NCBI GenBank assembly: GCA_009103225.1
Contig: RHPI01001037.1
Coordinates: 620,001-684,000 of the forward strand
Reading direction: 5' to 3'
DNA from: Chlorokybus atmophyticus
Lineage: Eukaryota > Plantae > Mesostigma and Chlorokybus algae
Length of the DNA: 64,000 bases
Within the stretch, counting starts at the first letter, position 1. Every line of letters starts with the position of its first letter. Below, piece after piece: positions 24,692-40,564 of the stretch. The translations under genes were made by a program, and so were the position numbers. The notes beneath the pieces are model-generated. The model saw nothing but the letters and a program-made list of their open reading frames with translations, had not been told where the DNA came from and did not search any database.

Positions 24692-27411
24692 ATGAACGAC
24701 GAGGACGTAGTTGTCTCGGATTCTGATGCTCCCAGCGGACTTGAGTCGCTGCGTCAATTGTTTGCTTTTTATTGCGGTAAATCAGTGCTTGGCAGTGGCT
24801 AGCATGTGAATTCTTCACGCACTCACAGCATGCTTGTTAACTGTGGATTGTCCAAGTTTTAACCTTGCGTGACTTGCTTGTGGCAATTGGTTCGCATGTC
24901 CTTCTTGTTCTGAATCAGGTTACGGCATAATTTGAGACCGCACCATGACTTTGTAGTACGCGTAATTGCTAGCTTTGACATGTGGTCGTACATGCAGCAC
25001 TTACCCTAATTCGTCTAAATCCGAAGAGATTCAACCCTGCCAGCCTAGCATGTGCGTTGGTAGCATGGTATCATGACAAGCCGCCACATGCTCATCGTCC
25101 GCGTGTGTCTCACAGTTAACTCTGTCACCTCTAAGACTCCCCCTTGTCAACTTGTCATGGATTGTGCTCACGGCTTCACACGCTTCCAACAGCAGCAACC
25201 AGCAATGAATGGCGCTGTGCCCAGCATGGTGCGTAGTCACTGGGGCCAGGACCTAGTGCCCTCTCCTGTGTCAATCTACTATTGGGTTGCAGATGCAAAA
25301 TGGGAGTGCTTGAGTTATACAATTGCAAGAAGCTTGCTTGATATTGTCGTGTTGAAACAGAATGCCCTTACGGCAGTTGCATGCGTACTAGCTGCGGGTA
25401 AAGTCATAGTTGGCTACGACAGGCGTACCGAGGACGATGCATGTCTTTGCCTTGATCAGACTTTGTTGGTGATTGACACAGCAATGGCCAAATGCAGGAA
25501 TCTTTGTCAATCCCAACTCCAAGCTCGTTCGCCACAGTCTTGCCGAGCTGTCGGCACATGCTGGTGCACATGGCTTGTTAGGGTAAGTGGTGATGTTGTT
25601 GCCCTGCGAGTGGTTGACATTGCCTACTTTGCGCGTTCACTAGTGTTGTCTGCTGTGTAAGGTTGTCGCGTTGTTGATAGTGTCGCAGCCAGAAGCATCC
25701 ATTATTCACTTGACTTGTCCAAGTTCTCGGCTGAGCCACTTTGCTTTACTGACTGTTGGCAGGCGTTGCGTGCTTCCTGGCCTCAAGCAGCTGGCAGCTG
25801 AGTTGCACGTTCAGGTAGGATATTGGACAAGGGAAAAATGTGTCTGCCTATCAGCTGCTGCTTTCAACTGAGGGTGGCCCGTTCGCAGTCTCTGGACGCC
25901 TGGCAGTTTACACAGTTCTACAGCTTTGCGCACTTTGCTCTGCGTGAATCAGGACAGAAAAGCATAAGTAAGCACCCAGAACATACAGCTTAGTGGCTAT
26001 GCGCTCTTCGTAACATCCATCTGCGTGACATTTCGGCAGCGATCATTGGTCGTTGTACGGCTGCATGTGTCAGTTGGACTGTAGTCACTCATCCTCCTGC
26101 TCGTGTTGCAGCTGTGGATGCTGCTGTGGATGCTTGGCGGTTCGTGTTGGCGGGGCGCTTTCGACTTATTAACCGCTGGTGTGCCTTTGTCAAGGTACAT
26201 AAGCGAGTGTGGGTGGTTTGACTGTATGCAGGTGGTGTGTGTTACTGGCTGAGTAGCATGTGCGACTGGCAGAGTCATCACCGGTTTGCCGTGTCTGAAG
26301 ATACATGGCGTCAAGTTTTGGACTTCAGCCGCATTGTTCATGAAGACTTGAGCAACTATGACTTTGAAGGTAGGCCTAGTACATCGTCACCGCTGGTCAG
26401 CCTCCTTTAACTTGTTTGGGTCCATGACCCATCCAAATCCTTGCTCTTAGCTTTGTCCAGCTGCCAGTTCATGCCGTTAAGCTTTGTTTCTTCCAAGGCA
26501 CTTATCAAGACTGTCATCAACTGATTAAGCTGCTGTGTGCTAGGTGCTTGGCCAGTGCTTATCGATGAGTTTGTAGAGTCGGTTGAGGGGTACGTTTTGG
26601 TGCCATTACGCTTGCTTATCTGCTTGTGGTAATCCAACTCATAGCATTGATTGAAGTTTCCAGTAGGGTGGCTGATGAAGCCGTTGGCAGCGGGTGTGGT
26701 AATTGTGGTTCGGGTGGACTTCGCAGATGCAGGAGCGAAAACTTGAGCTTGAGCAATCTCTGCTTGGGTGGAGGCAGTGCCCGACTCATGCCAACAACGC
26801 ACGGCGAGCCAACCGCAACGGTGATTGGTGGAGTGGGTAGCAAACGGCGGCTGTCGATCGCGCAGAAGAGCTCCCTAAGCACGGTCGCCGTGGACGGAAT
26901 TTCTGCAAAGTTTGCCGCGTTGTCGCCGCCCGCTCGTGGCGTGCGTCATGGCGAAGCACCTTGGCACCTTCCTCAACACCAGAAGCGCGCGCGCTACGAG
27001 CCGTCCGCGTGGACCTTCGAACGAGCAGAAGCACCGGCAACAAGCTCGGCGGCGGAGTGCATCATGAGAGAGGACGCAGAAGACTTCCCGTTTGCCACAG
27101 GTATCAGCATCGCTTCGACGTCATATGCGAATGAAGATGTGAGAAGTCTAGTGCAATCGAAGGGGTTGTCAGACGCGGCATGCAGTCCTTCTGCTGCACC
27201 CTTACATCACAAAAACTGCGACTATCATCATACGCCTCCCAGCAGCAGTCTTGGCGGCAGCCCGTCAAGCAGCTGGCAGGTTCACCATGTGCTTGATGAG
27301 TCCATGACACGTTCAGAGTTCCCTTCTGTAGGCACCAGTGTAGGCTGCACTGTAGATGATGTTAGTTTGCAACCACTGCGTCCAGCAATGTCATTTCAGT
27401 TAGCCGTTTAG
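24692..27411 (+). CDS. DCN1-like protein of the plant AAR3 type with long C-terminal extension
   Basis: Exons translate to [41 protein letters not shown] and [38 protein letters not shown] (DCUN1/PONY domain), then a ~250-aa low-complexity tail. 5' exon structure uncertain. Confidence 0.85.
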
Positions 27412-27884
27412 ATTTGTTGGCGGTCAATTTGAGCAGGCATGCGCGATTACAATGCAGTAGGGTTGTGTCCATTGATAGGTAGGTTGTGAGTTGCCGATGA
27501 TAATAGAGGTTGTCATTGCCAAGGCTTGTGAGTCACAAGTTCTGTCCATTGTTTGCTTCGCAACCCTTCGCCATGATGTTCTTCAATCGGATGTCAATGG
27601 CAGTGCTCGTGAAACCCTCAATCACATTCACACGAAAAAGCGCTGCGTTTAAGGTGTTGTTTTCAAATTACCTGTGACTGAGGAAGATGTTTGATATTCA
27701 ATCACCATTCTCGTATGCGTGCACCTACAACAGTCACAGAAGCCTTCACACAGAAACCAAGTCCGAGACACACTTAACGGGTCGTTACCAAAGGGTCGGG
27801 CGGCGAGATTGTTGGTGTGGTCGGGTTGCCGGCGGCGGCGGCGGCGACGACGTCGTCGCTGGCATTATTGTCGCTGTTCGCACA

Positions 27885-30800
27885 ATGGTGAGGCGACCGG
27901 GCGGCGCCTCTGCGCCGTCGCTGCAGCGCCTTGGGCCGGTGTGGGCAGTGGGCGGGGCGGCGCTGGTCATACTGGTGGTTATGCTGGCCGTCAACGTTGT
28001 GGCCCTGCGGATCAGGCAGGTCAACGGCAGCAGGGCGGCTGCGGCCGTGGCTGCCGCCAAAGAAGCCAACTGGGCCGTGCCAAGACAGAGCACAGGCAGG
28101 CCTGCCTTCCTCAACCCTCAGTCTGATCGCACCTCAATGGAGGTTTGCCGCCGGTGAGACGCATACCAGTATTGCCGTGACTACAGTTTGTTCTTTAGTT
28201 GCATGTTAACAAACGAATTCTCGATTAATGATAGTCAACCAATGATCGTTGCAGCAAGGATGCAAACGTGTCAGCTGCACTGTTGAGTGCATTGCGAAAA
28301 ACACGCATGCTTAGTCTGCAGTCATTGTCGGTGGATGCAAGTCGCATGTCAGCTAGTAGCGCAGTGCGTACGCTTGAAAGGTGACAGTGAAGAGATCTAA
28401 GTTGATGTATATGCGCTTGTTGTGCATGCAGCTTGCTGATTGTCGTCTTACAAGCTTGCGATTGATAGCTTCACAGCTCACAGCTTTGCACAGCTGTGCA
28501 CGCCTGTCTTCTTGTTGTCAGACAAGGCTTGCGCTAGACTGGTCACCATAGTCAATGCACAGTTTGATTAAGTTGGTGCATTCGCAACACAGTGAATTGG
28601 CCATGACCTGTGTATTAATACTCACACTCTACAACTCGTGCTTGTGTCGTCACTTGACAATCGTCACGCTAGGTGTCAAAGTGTACAACCAATTGCAACT
28701 TGTCTACGTAGTTCATACATGATTTACCTGAAGGTACACCTGCACTTCTGTTGCAGTACACAACATAGATAAGCGTGTGCACTCTGAGAATGCCTCCTGC
28801 ATTCAAATTGTCAAAGTAAATATTTAGCAACAGATGGCAACACTTATAGGATATCGAACGAGTGAGGCCGCGACACGGCTAATGTCGCAACGAGCAAAGC
28901 GAGTGCGACCTAAGCCGTTTCGCCGCCGCAACGAGTGCGATATCATACTTATGGAATGGGCCATGCAATATGGCCCTGCTAATTCTCATATCGATGCCTC
29001 CTCTGCACACAGATCGTCAGAGGAGAACTCAATACGGCCTATGTCGGTTGTAGATCGGACGGCTTAAGTTGCATTTCGGACCAGACAATTCGATGAAGGC
29101 AGCCATCATTTTGCAGTAATAGACAATACAAGCACTGATTAAATACTCGGCAGGCATTGGGCGAGAGGTTTGGATGAGAAGGTGGCCGGCAAGCTGCGCA
29201 ACATGACAATCTTCTTCGCGCTCAACCTGCACAACAACGACATGGTCGCGGGCCATCTGTTCAGCGAGCTGACGCGCCTACTTGCGCTGCTCGACATGAA
29301 GAACATCTTCGTGTCCGTGTACGAGTCCGGCAGCCAGGACATGACCACGACGTGGCTCTCGCTGTTTGACACCACCTTGACGCTGATGGGCGCCCCACAC
29401 AAAGTGAGTACTGCCAACATGTCAGTACGTGGACGCATCGACCGCCTTTGACACAACATGCTGAATCGAATACAGTTGTGTGCGGGGCCACACTGCGTGG
29501 CTGCAGGTGGTGATGAGCTCCACGGATGTGCGCGGGTCCAAGACTCGCATAGAGTTTCTCGCCGACATGCGCAACAAGGCCATGCAGCCGCTGTACGAGG
29601 GTGAGAGGCACAAGTACGAGCGCGTGCTGTTCCTCAACGACGTGTTCGTGTGCGCGGAGGACGCCATGCTGCTGCTGCTGCACGACGCGCACATTGCCTC
29701 AGGCTTTGATGTCAACTTCATGGATTGGGGCAGGCGCCGCATCCAGTTCTACGACAACTGGGTCGCCCGCGACATAAACGGCGAGTACATGGGCCTCGTC
29801 CCGCCCTTTGCACATGTCAAGTCCAACCAAGAACTCTTTGAGAAAGCCCTGCCGTTCCCGGTAAGCAACATTTGAGCGTTTATCAACACATTTATGTTGT
29901 ATGGTTGCGCTCCAGCACCACGCTTGCCATGGCCAGGTGGCTTTTGCACATTATGACACCACATTCCACACGTAGCATAAGTTAACTGCTTCACTCTGTA
30001 TTATGCCGGCAGATTGGTACTGTGAACGCAAGCTTAACAGGATGCTGCAGACAGCACAGTACATATCAACCATGACAGTGATAGTTATTTTGCCCCATGT
30101 CAACACTTCACATTTATATGCACGAGTGTACATTTTACATGTTACCTATGCAATTGCCCAAGGTTATGGCAATGCAGATAACATGGTTCAAACTGGACAG
30201 GTGCACTGCACCTGGAATGGTATGGTCAATCTGGACGCGAGCATCTTTTACGACAAGGGCATCCGCTTCCGCACGCGCAGGTGGCGCGGGGAGTGCGCAG
30301 AGTCCGAGTGCTGGCACTTCTGCAACGACGTGTGGGGTGCGTTTGGGACTGCCCGCATCGTCATTGACCCGCGCGTGTACATGTCGTACAACGGCCAGAC
30401 CTTCCAAGCCCTCGACATGGCGCGCCAGAAGAAGGTGCCCAACGGCGCGCCTTTTGATGTTGGCATCAGACCCAATCCCTTCCAGGAGCCGATGGTCCTC
30501 GAAGGGTGGCTCATCAACGACACACTGAGGCACATCGACTTCCCCATCCCGCCGCCGCTACTCAACAAGTAGGAGTTGCTTGTGTTGTGAGTCCAGGGTT
30601 AAGGAAGTGACAAAATGTTGACGGTTGTGTGTTCTCTTGTAGGTGTTGCCCGATGCAAGATGACAGAGATGATGCCAGCTGGGACCTTTGTTACTGGGAA
30701 AAGTCGGTGGGCCCAGGATCCGTGTATCATGAAGACCCCGCAGTTGGCGCTCCCACCTGCGATGCAGGGGCTCAACCCGCTGCGAGCGGCGCCTCCCACG

Positions 30801-31225
30801 TGTTTATTGCCGTCACCCTCGTGGATGGCGAGGAGGTGTCTGTCACGCTGGCGCAGGAGCTTGAAGTGTTGGTCGCCAAGCATGCGGGCCGGGTTCTGGT
30901 GTCTATACTCGCTGTCGGTGGCGGAACCGAGTGGCACGCATGGAGGTCAATGTTGATGGCACTTTTCATCAATCTTCGCGTGCTGCATGAGCACCACTGG
31001 ACCCCTAGCTTGCAAGCTTCGGGGAAGAGTGCGCACTGGGATGCTTTGTCCAGATGGAAACAGCATTCACAACTCTCTTCGGTGCCCGCTGCTGTCGTCG
31101 GAAGCCAGCCCTTCTGTGCGAAGAACGTACTCACAGCTTTGTCTGCTAGCAGCGCACGGCAGGCATGTAGTGAAGAGCTGTTAAGACAGACACCGGGTAA
31201 CGGGTTTGTAATGTGCAATGGGTGA
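27885..31225 (+). CDS. CAP59/GT69-family alpha-1,3-mannosyltransferase-like type II membrane protein
   Basis: N-terminal TM helix; IFFALNLHNN, IFVSVYESGS, RIEFLADMRNKAMQPL, VLFLNDVFVC, FYDNWVARDING, VHCTWNGMV, ESECWHFCND motifs. Confidence 0.88.
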
Positions 31226-31266
31226 TTCTGCAGTAGTAACATGGTTTTCCATACTTTTGTTGCTGT

Positions 31267-31520
31267 CTCATGCGCAGCCAGGTAGACAACACTTGCTTGA
31301 AGTGCGCACGCACACTCCATTGGTAACATGGGTTTCCATAGTCTTGTTGCTGTGCTCATGCGCAAGCTAGATAGACAAGACTTGGTTGAAGTGCGTACGC
31401 ACACTCCAGTCAATGCGCGGCCATGTGCATTAGTATTGATACCCTGTTAATGTCTTCATACTCAAGTTGTTCATGCGCAAGCTAGAAGACTGGCTGAACC
31501 AGATATGTACACTCTAGACA
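31267..31520. repeat. Three degenerate tandem repeats (TCATGCGCA-GC...GTGCG-ACGCACACTCCA)
   Basis: Copies begin at ~31268, ~31357 and ~31471; the third is the most diverged. Confidence 0.65.
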
Positions 31521-32546
31521 ATATACCAGGGTGCGATGGTTTGCCACCTGCAATATGTGTGCTGAAGAGCCGAAGAGATGTGCAGAAAGGTGCAGAGTCT
31601 CATCTGCAAATGCCGGGATGCTTGTTAAGAAAGCACACATTCCCCTGTACAGATTTATCTGTACCCTGCGTGCTGGGCGTGGCGCTAAGTTGGTAGGTGG
31701 CCAAGCGCGCAGTGGCAGGTCAGCCTGCAGCCTCCTTAAGCCTCGGTCACACACGTCCGAGTTTGGTCTGATTTCGCGTTTCGGCCGACGAAACGCGGTT
31801 AAACGCCATGTGTGACCGCCGACATCATGTGGCGTTTCCACCGCGTCAGGTTCTGTTACACGCAACGCGGGTTGAAGGTTGAAACGTACCCCCCCCCCCC
31901 CAGGGGGGTGGTAGCTAAACGTTACGAAAAGATACCCGAGAAAATGAACCCTAACGCCAACGTCACGCACTGTGGTGTAGGAATGCGGAATTCGTGCATG
32001 CAAGGTCGCATGCCATATTCACATGTGACCGGAGGTTTGTGACCGCAGTTGGCGGATCGTGAATTCCTTACAGCCACGTTTTATCTGGCAGTGCTCGTGA
32101 CTCGTGATTGATCTGTATCTGGTATACTGACATGCTGCTATTTGGTGGAGTGGTTGATCTTCTACCAGGAAGTTGCAGTGACTGTGTAAATTGCAACCAA
32201 TTGTGGTTGCTATAACAGAGATTGGCACGCTGTGTTGTGCGGGCGCGTGCTGTGCTTTATTCGATATTATTGTGGGCTGACTAGTCGCTGGAAACAATGC
32301 AATTGTGGTTGGATAAAACCCCGTCAAACACCATGCATTGTCGCACACCAACGGACTGCCCACTATAAGGTTTTAACTCGTACTGCACACAATGCTGGAT
32401 GCAGCGTCAACAGCCAGCGCTGCAGCTGTCATTACTTTCAGATACAAGTAGAGCTTCTAGAGATGACGGGAGTCATTGCAAACTCCTTCAATGCAATTCC
32501 TCAAGGCGTCCAATCGGCTATTGCACGGGCATGCAGAATAACAGCT

Positions 32547-34280
<1,734 letters not shown>

Positions 34281-35685
34281 GGCGGCGGAAGCTCCCCGGC
34301 AGCGCTCTCTCCCGGCACCGGCGCCGGGCAAGGTCAAAGAGGCCCACGACGCCGCCGCGGCTGCTATGAGACGGCTGGATCGACGGAGGAGAGGGCCCGC
34401 CTTCTTATCGACGGCTGTTGTCGCGTGCGCGAGCTGGAACCTTCGGACCTGCGTGGCGTACCACGCACGCACCACGTACGTACCAATAGCGTACCCGCCG
34501 GGAGGATTGGCCTCAATTAGGGAATCTGCTTGACATCACATTGATGACGCGTAATGTTAAACGCGGATTGAGGGCCTTACTAAGCAATCTCCGTATGGCT
34601 CGCGCGTTGTCATGAGAAAATTAACCCTAGGCACAGCCTGACTGTACTGTGACTGCAACGCAGCCACAGCGACCAAGGCTTCACCGAGCCCGTCCACGGC
34701 GGCAGCGGCGGCGGTGGCGGTGGCGGTGGCGGCAGGCAAGAGAAGAACGGGAGGAGCTGCGGGTGCAGTGCAGGCTGGAAAGGGCATTCTGAACGGCGTT
34801 GTGTACCCCAGGTGCCTCGTCGTTGCTTGTTGTGTGACTTGTGCGGGCTGTCAAGCCGTTTTTCGCGCACCTCCCTCACCCCAGGCTCGAGCACGGTTAT
34901 TGTTTGGTTGGTTGTGGTTCAGTGAACTCCTCCAACCAAGCGCGTGCAGGTGTTGCTCCAGTCCGATCGTTGTATATCGCAGACATACGCAAAAGTGACA
35001 CTCACACACAGTCATCATCGCACTCACGCAGGTAGCTTGAAAGCACATTGTGAGTCACGTATGCATTGACAATGGCGTCAGTTTCTGTGCTACACGCGCA
35101 TGCATGCATTAGATGCAGTCACCAACGTCTGCACACACACAGTCACAACCAGTCACATGCATGCATGCACGCACGCATGCTCTCAATTGCACTGTCATTC
35201 ACGTCACAAGCTCCCACACAGGTAGAGCTGCAGGCGGCGAGCTAATCCTGGGTTCTCCCGTCTTCGATGGCGAGTGCGGCGTCCCTCTAGAGGTGATGTC
35301 ATCACATGCGTGCGTGTGCAGGTGCTGCCACATCTACAGCATGCACGCGCGTGCGCGCAAGCACACATATGAGACACGAATATGGCGCCTATGCATACAC
35401 ATCCATGCATTTATATGTACGCCTACATCAAACACACATGCGCTTGGGTGTGCACACGCAAGAGCAAGTGTTGTAGTTGTACATGTATGCAGCACGCATT
35501 TTGCACACATGCACACATGCCAGCAGCTTCGCTCTCTTGCACGCCTTTTGCAGGCACAAATACGTACACAGGCACGCCTGCAGCCACGCACTCATGCCCG
35601 TGCATCTCGCAGATGCCAGAGTACAAGGTTGATTATTCGTGAGGTGGTAGTGCTGCCTGTCTGACCCGCTGCCCCTGCTGCTGAC

Positions 35686-36193
35686 ATGAAGGGAGAAAAG
35701 CTGGCCGACAATGCGTATAGCAGCTTCAACTATGACGGCGGCGCTGCGTATGGGAACGAGAAGGAAGCTTCACAAGCAGCGCATCCTAATGGTCAGACAG
35801 CTTGCCCCCAACCATTGTTACATAAATGCAATGATTTTGTTGTGCTTATGCTTATGTTGTGGTTATGGTTGTTTCCTGCCAAGAGCAACTTGCTTGTATG
35901 CAGCAGCATACAAACTGTAAGAGTGCTGCGTCCATTAACCAGTATTTGTTCTGAGCAGGCTTGAGTGATGAGTTTCAGCGTCAGACCCCTGCTCCTGAAG
36001 GCAGGGACTGGTTTTGCCGAATGTGAGTGCATTTGCGCCATATGCATAGATTGGCGCGAGTCGCCAGTGCTGTTAGTATGAGATCGGGTTGGGAGCAGTG
36101 TCATGTCAATCTATGCTTCAGGTGCAACAACGTGAATGAGGCTCGTGCTGGGGTGTGTACAGTATGCGGGTCACCACACCGCGGGAACAAGTA
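35686..36193 (+). CDS. Small protein with C-terminal RanBP2-type zinc finger
   Basis: Joining ...TGCCGAAT|gtgagt to cttcag|GTGC gives DWFCRMCNNVNEARAGVCTVCG (W-x-C-x2-C-x3-N-x6-C-x2-C). Upstream exon structure and start unresolved. Confidence 0.55.
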
Positions 36194-37540
36194 AGCATGC
36201 CTGCTGAAAGTGAGCATCTCAGCCGACTGCAGAGTTGCACTACTTAGTAGCTCATCTCATGCATTGAATAGCAATTGTACATTGCGTTGCTCATCGAGTG
36301 TTTTTGTTTCCCAGCGGGGTTGAGAAGCAGAGCACAGCTGAACAGGTAACGCATACATAGCAAGCTGAACCAAGAGATGTCAACAGGCCATCATGTTGCA
36401 TCACTTTAGGAGTGTTTCTCAATGCAGGTCGCTGTTCTGATGAGCGCTGTGGTTGTGCAGGACGACGAGGTGCGCAAGTGGGTCAAGGAGGACGGCAAGA
36501 CAAAAGAAGGCTTGTGGGCCGCCTGTTGCTGCGCTATGTGCCTTCCATGGTGATTGCATGCACACGAGCTTGGCCCATTCGTGGTGGGTGAAGCGGTGCA
36601 TCAGCATGCCAGTGTGAAATTGGAAACGAAAAGTTTAGCCCTGATGGTTTGTATGGCATCGTAGTTGCACTACTACTCTTACGTGCATACGGGCTGCAAT
36701 CAATAAAGTAGGGCTTTTCGGCAGCTCAAGGATGCAGTAAGGACAACCAACCTTGTTACATATGCACAGTAAGTTTTGTAATGCCACCTGCCTTGCCTAT
36801 TGGCCCATGTGTCGTACCTTATGCAACATGCGGTGCTGATCAGATAACTTAAGGATCGTTACATCTTTCTCTTGAATCTGTGGGATCTGTTCACTTTTGC
36901 AACTCGACCTGTTTGGTCATGTTGCCAGCATCAGTGCCACACATGTGCCGCACGTTGTATTTGATCCCTTTGTCATGTGGTGGCATCTAACGCGCCCTAC
37001 ATACTGATAGGGAAAGGTAGGGGACCTGGAATGCAAGAAGACACTTCTCAGCACATACCACAAGGCAGCCACGGGTACATCAATTACAACAATGTGTGCC
37101 ACATGCGACAGGTTTGCAGGCTGAATAAAGGTATGTGTCCTGTGGCATGTTGTCAAATGACTCAAAGATGATGTTAAGGGTGCAAGACCATGCCTGCCTC
37201 TGTGTACTGCCTGTCTTCCAGTTTACAGGTTCAAGAATTGCAGATCATGTATCGATGTGTTTCCAGCTAACAGAACTTTGTACAGAACTTCTGAGCCTAC
37301 CTGGCACAGCAAATCGGTTACCCACCAAATTCATCAATGTCTTGGACATTACATTCGAAAAATAATCAGGCCGGTCACTGGACACATTTTTCTGAATGTC
37401 AATGCGACATCATCCTATGCACTTCACGGCACTATTCGTGAGCAAAACTACCCTAACCTGCCTGTACACAGCTTTGCAAACTGCTGTGACGCAAGCATGG
37501 CACTCTCAACAAGTAAAACAAGATGTCTGCATAAGTTGTG

Positions 37541-39831
37541 CTACTTGGCTGCTTGAAGCAGCTGGCTTCTTGTGCGCACCCAGTCTACAAGGTTATGTCC
37601 GTCTGAGCTGGGAAGCTTTGAAAACGGTACAGCGCTTGCAGCGAACCCGAACAGTGCCTGAGGCCTGTACGACTCTGCAAAGTGGCCCACAGCTGCGCGT
37701 GCAGCAGTTACAGTGCGTATGAACACCCCTTGACTTGAAGCCCACTTCTGTGAGAACGGGAACTCATCGTCCAGGTCTGCTTCCTCTGATGCAACAAGGA
37801 AGGCCTGCTCTGGTTGTTGTTCAACAAGGCCCTCCTTGTGCTCCAACTCCAGCTTTAAGGCAGACAAGGCTTCGCCCACACGGAAAGCGATTGCAGTGTA
37901 CAACTCCTTGTCTGACAACTTGTTGTTCCTGAAGTCCTCCACAAGGTCCTCCACTGGCACTGGGTCACCAATGAGCACAGAAACCTGTGCCAAAGCAGCA
38001 TGTTACTGCGCCAATTGCAGAGCACTCCGACAGCACACACTGATCGTAACTGGTACCTGTTGGCCCACTGCAGGCAGCTTCTTGCCTACAGGTATCACGC
38101 GCTCCATGCCCGTGTGCACCAGAGGGACGACCAGCGGGACTTGGTCACCGCCCTCAGCCACCAACTTTCCAACGCCCCTGCGCATGGGACCCAGAACCCG
38201 ACCGCCATTGCGTGAACGAGAGCCCTCAGGAAATATGTGCACCCACTCACCCCTGCACAAAATGCGGCAAGTTGCTACATCAGCTCGCGCACACAATTGC
38301 TGAAAGCTGGGACATGGACTGTACAGGACAAGGTACAATACCTGCGCAGCTTGTCAGTGGCAACCTGCATGCCTTGCTGATTTATACCCGCTCCTCTTTC
38401 AACAGGCAACACCTTGCCGGCGCGAAAAAATGCAGACATGACAGGGTTTTTGAAACACCTGCGCATTGTGCGTACGAGTCACAAACCATGGCAGGCCGCA
38501 GATACTGCACAGCTGCTTCTAGAACAAGAAAGCAGGCGCTATGCTTCACTGAAGGTTAAGTAGCTGTGCATAGTCACCATCGCAATTGCAGGACACAAAA
38601 GCAAAGAGCTCATTTAACAATCACCTGTCTGTGGCGCAAAGTGTCCACCTCACAAGATGCCTGTCGAGCAACACTGACGCAGGGAGTGCAGAAGCCAGGA
38701 CGAGGGGGTCATCCATGGATGCCACATGGTTGCTGACCGTCACCAAACCCTGCCCTTCTTTGCGATGCCGCACCTGGGAAAGAGAAGCAGTTCATCGGTG
38801 TGTTGTTCCCCACATACACTCTACTCTACTCTACTCTACTCTACTCTACTCTACTGCTGTGCACATACACTCAAGTCTTGCTCGAAACACAGCGAGCAAG
38901 ACTTGAGTGTATATGTGTAAAGCTGAGCTACCACTCACCACAGCCTCCAGCTTCTCAGCAGCGTACACGCGTGTGTCGTTCAACCCATGCATGAACAGGC
39001 GAGAAGCGGTGCCAACCACAGCTAGCGTCACTGTCTGTGCGGCGTGCGTCAACAGACTTTCACCATCCGCACTTTGACCAGATACCATTGCTCCATCCGA
39101 TTCCACCAACCTCACCTCTACATACGCAAAGCACAACTCACCCTAGTTACACGCGGCAAGGAACATCATTTCAATGGTTGTGACTAGTGATTGCTGACAC
39201 ATAAGCAACACTGCAACACAGCTGACCGTCAGCATGGTCTTTCACATGAATTGCCCTCTTGGCGCTCACCCAAGCTAGGAAGAGGTTGCACGCTAAGCTG
39301 TTTCGCTGAACTGGTCGCTGCTGCCAGTGTGGGAGCGAGACTTCCGCTGAACAAAGCCGCCACGCGTGGTAAATCCAGACGGTCCAGTGTTTTCAACCAC
39401 CGCGCTGCAACAACGTTGCCTTTGAAGCGAGCATGCGCAGCGGCAGCTACAGCCATTCGCCTCGCCGCTCTGCGCCTGATTTGCTGCTGAACCGACGGAA
39501 GAGCCACAATCTGTGCACAAAGAGTAACAGCAATCACTTGACATGCTTACACAGCGAATAATGTTAAAACCAACTCACACAGCAGCAGCGTGAGCAATGA
39601 TGGTACAGCCAATCAACTAAAAACCTAGAAACCTAGAAAATTGCAAGCTCCACAGCATGATGTGCAACAAACGGTAAACATCCTCCGTAAACACGACCGA
39701 CTGTGCACAATCCCACAGGCACTGACCTGCCCCCTCGCCAGTGCCCATCGGCGGTGCATGCGCTGTTTCAGCTCCAACACGTACTTCTGCGCCGTCTCGC
39801 CCATCGCAACGCTGGCTAGCTCTTCGCCCAT
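37541..39831 (-). CDS. TAZ: Tafazzin-family phospholipid acyltransferase
   Basis: TVSNHVASMDDP (HX4D), RCFKNPVMSAFFRAGKVLPVERGAGI, WVHIFPEGSRS, RGVGKLV motifs. Start codon approximate. Confidence 0.92.
38819..38856. repeat. (CTCTA)n microsatellite in a tafazzin intron
   Basis: About 7 perfect pentamer units. Confidence 0.9.
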
Positions 39832-40486
39832 CGTGTGCTGTGTCCGCCCCCTCACTGCGGCTACCGCCCCGCCCGCGCGGCAATTCGGGCTATGCTCGAG
39901 CCATGTGCCATGCAGGGACGTTGAGCGGCGTCAAGTGTCACACACAATGACAATGACGCCGTAGACAGACACCACACCGCCGCCACCGCCCCCGCCGCGC
40001 CGCGTCCGTGACGGTTCGCGAGAGAGAACACCCTATGGATCTGATGTGGCACTGAACGTGACAATTACAGCCGGGTCATTGATACGCGTGCATTTGTACC
40101 GTCGCCGTCGGATTTTGCAACGATCAGACGGCAATGGTATAGTTCCGCGTATTGCAACTTCTGTACACACGCAAGTTTCTTACCGGCATATTTTGTTTTT
40201 TGTGTAGAAGCATAGGATACGGCTAAAGCTCACAACGCTTTATTGGTGTTTGCGTACAGATGTGAGTTTATTGCCTTGCAGAAGTTGAGTAATGCAGCAT
40301 CCTCATGTGCCTAATGGCAAACGTTGTTGACGGGTTTAGCAAGTAGTTTATTGATGGCTTGCGTGTTCAAGTTGTGCATGTTTGTTATACCAAATCTCTC
40401 GCTGACATTGCGTGCGAAAGTGACACGTGTGCTCATATACGTGTTTTGCATGCCGATGCACTTTCAACACCCCCCCCCCCCCCCCC

Positions 40487-40564
40487 NNNNNNNNNNNNNN
40501 NNNNNNNNNNNNNNNNNNNNNNNNNNNNNNNNNNNNNNNNNNNNNNNNNNNNNNNNNNNNNNNN
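40487..40564. other. Assembly gap flanked by poly-C
   Basis: N run. Confidence 1.

Noticed and set aside
31979-32030. ~50-bp similarity to 45060-45112 (GGAATGCGGAATTCGTGCATGCAA...)
   Set aside because: Real but too short to define an element; no termini or TSD visible.
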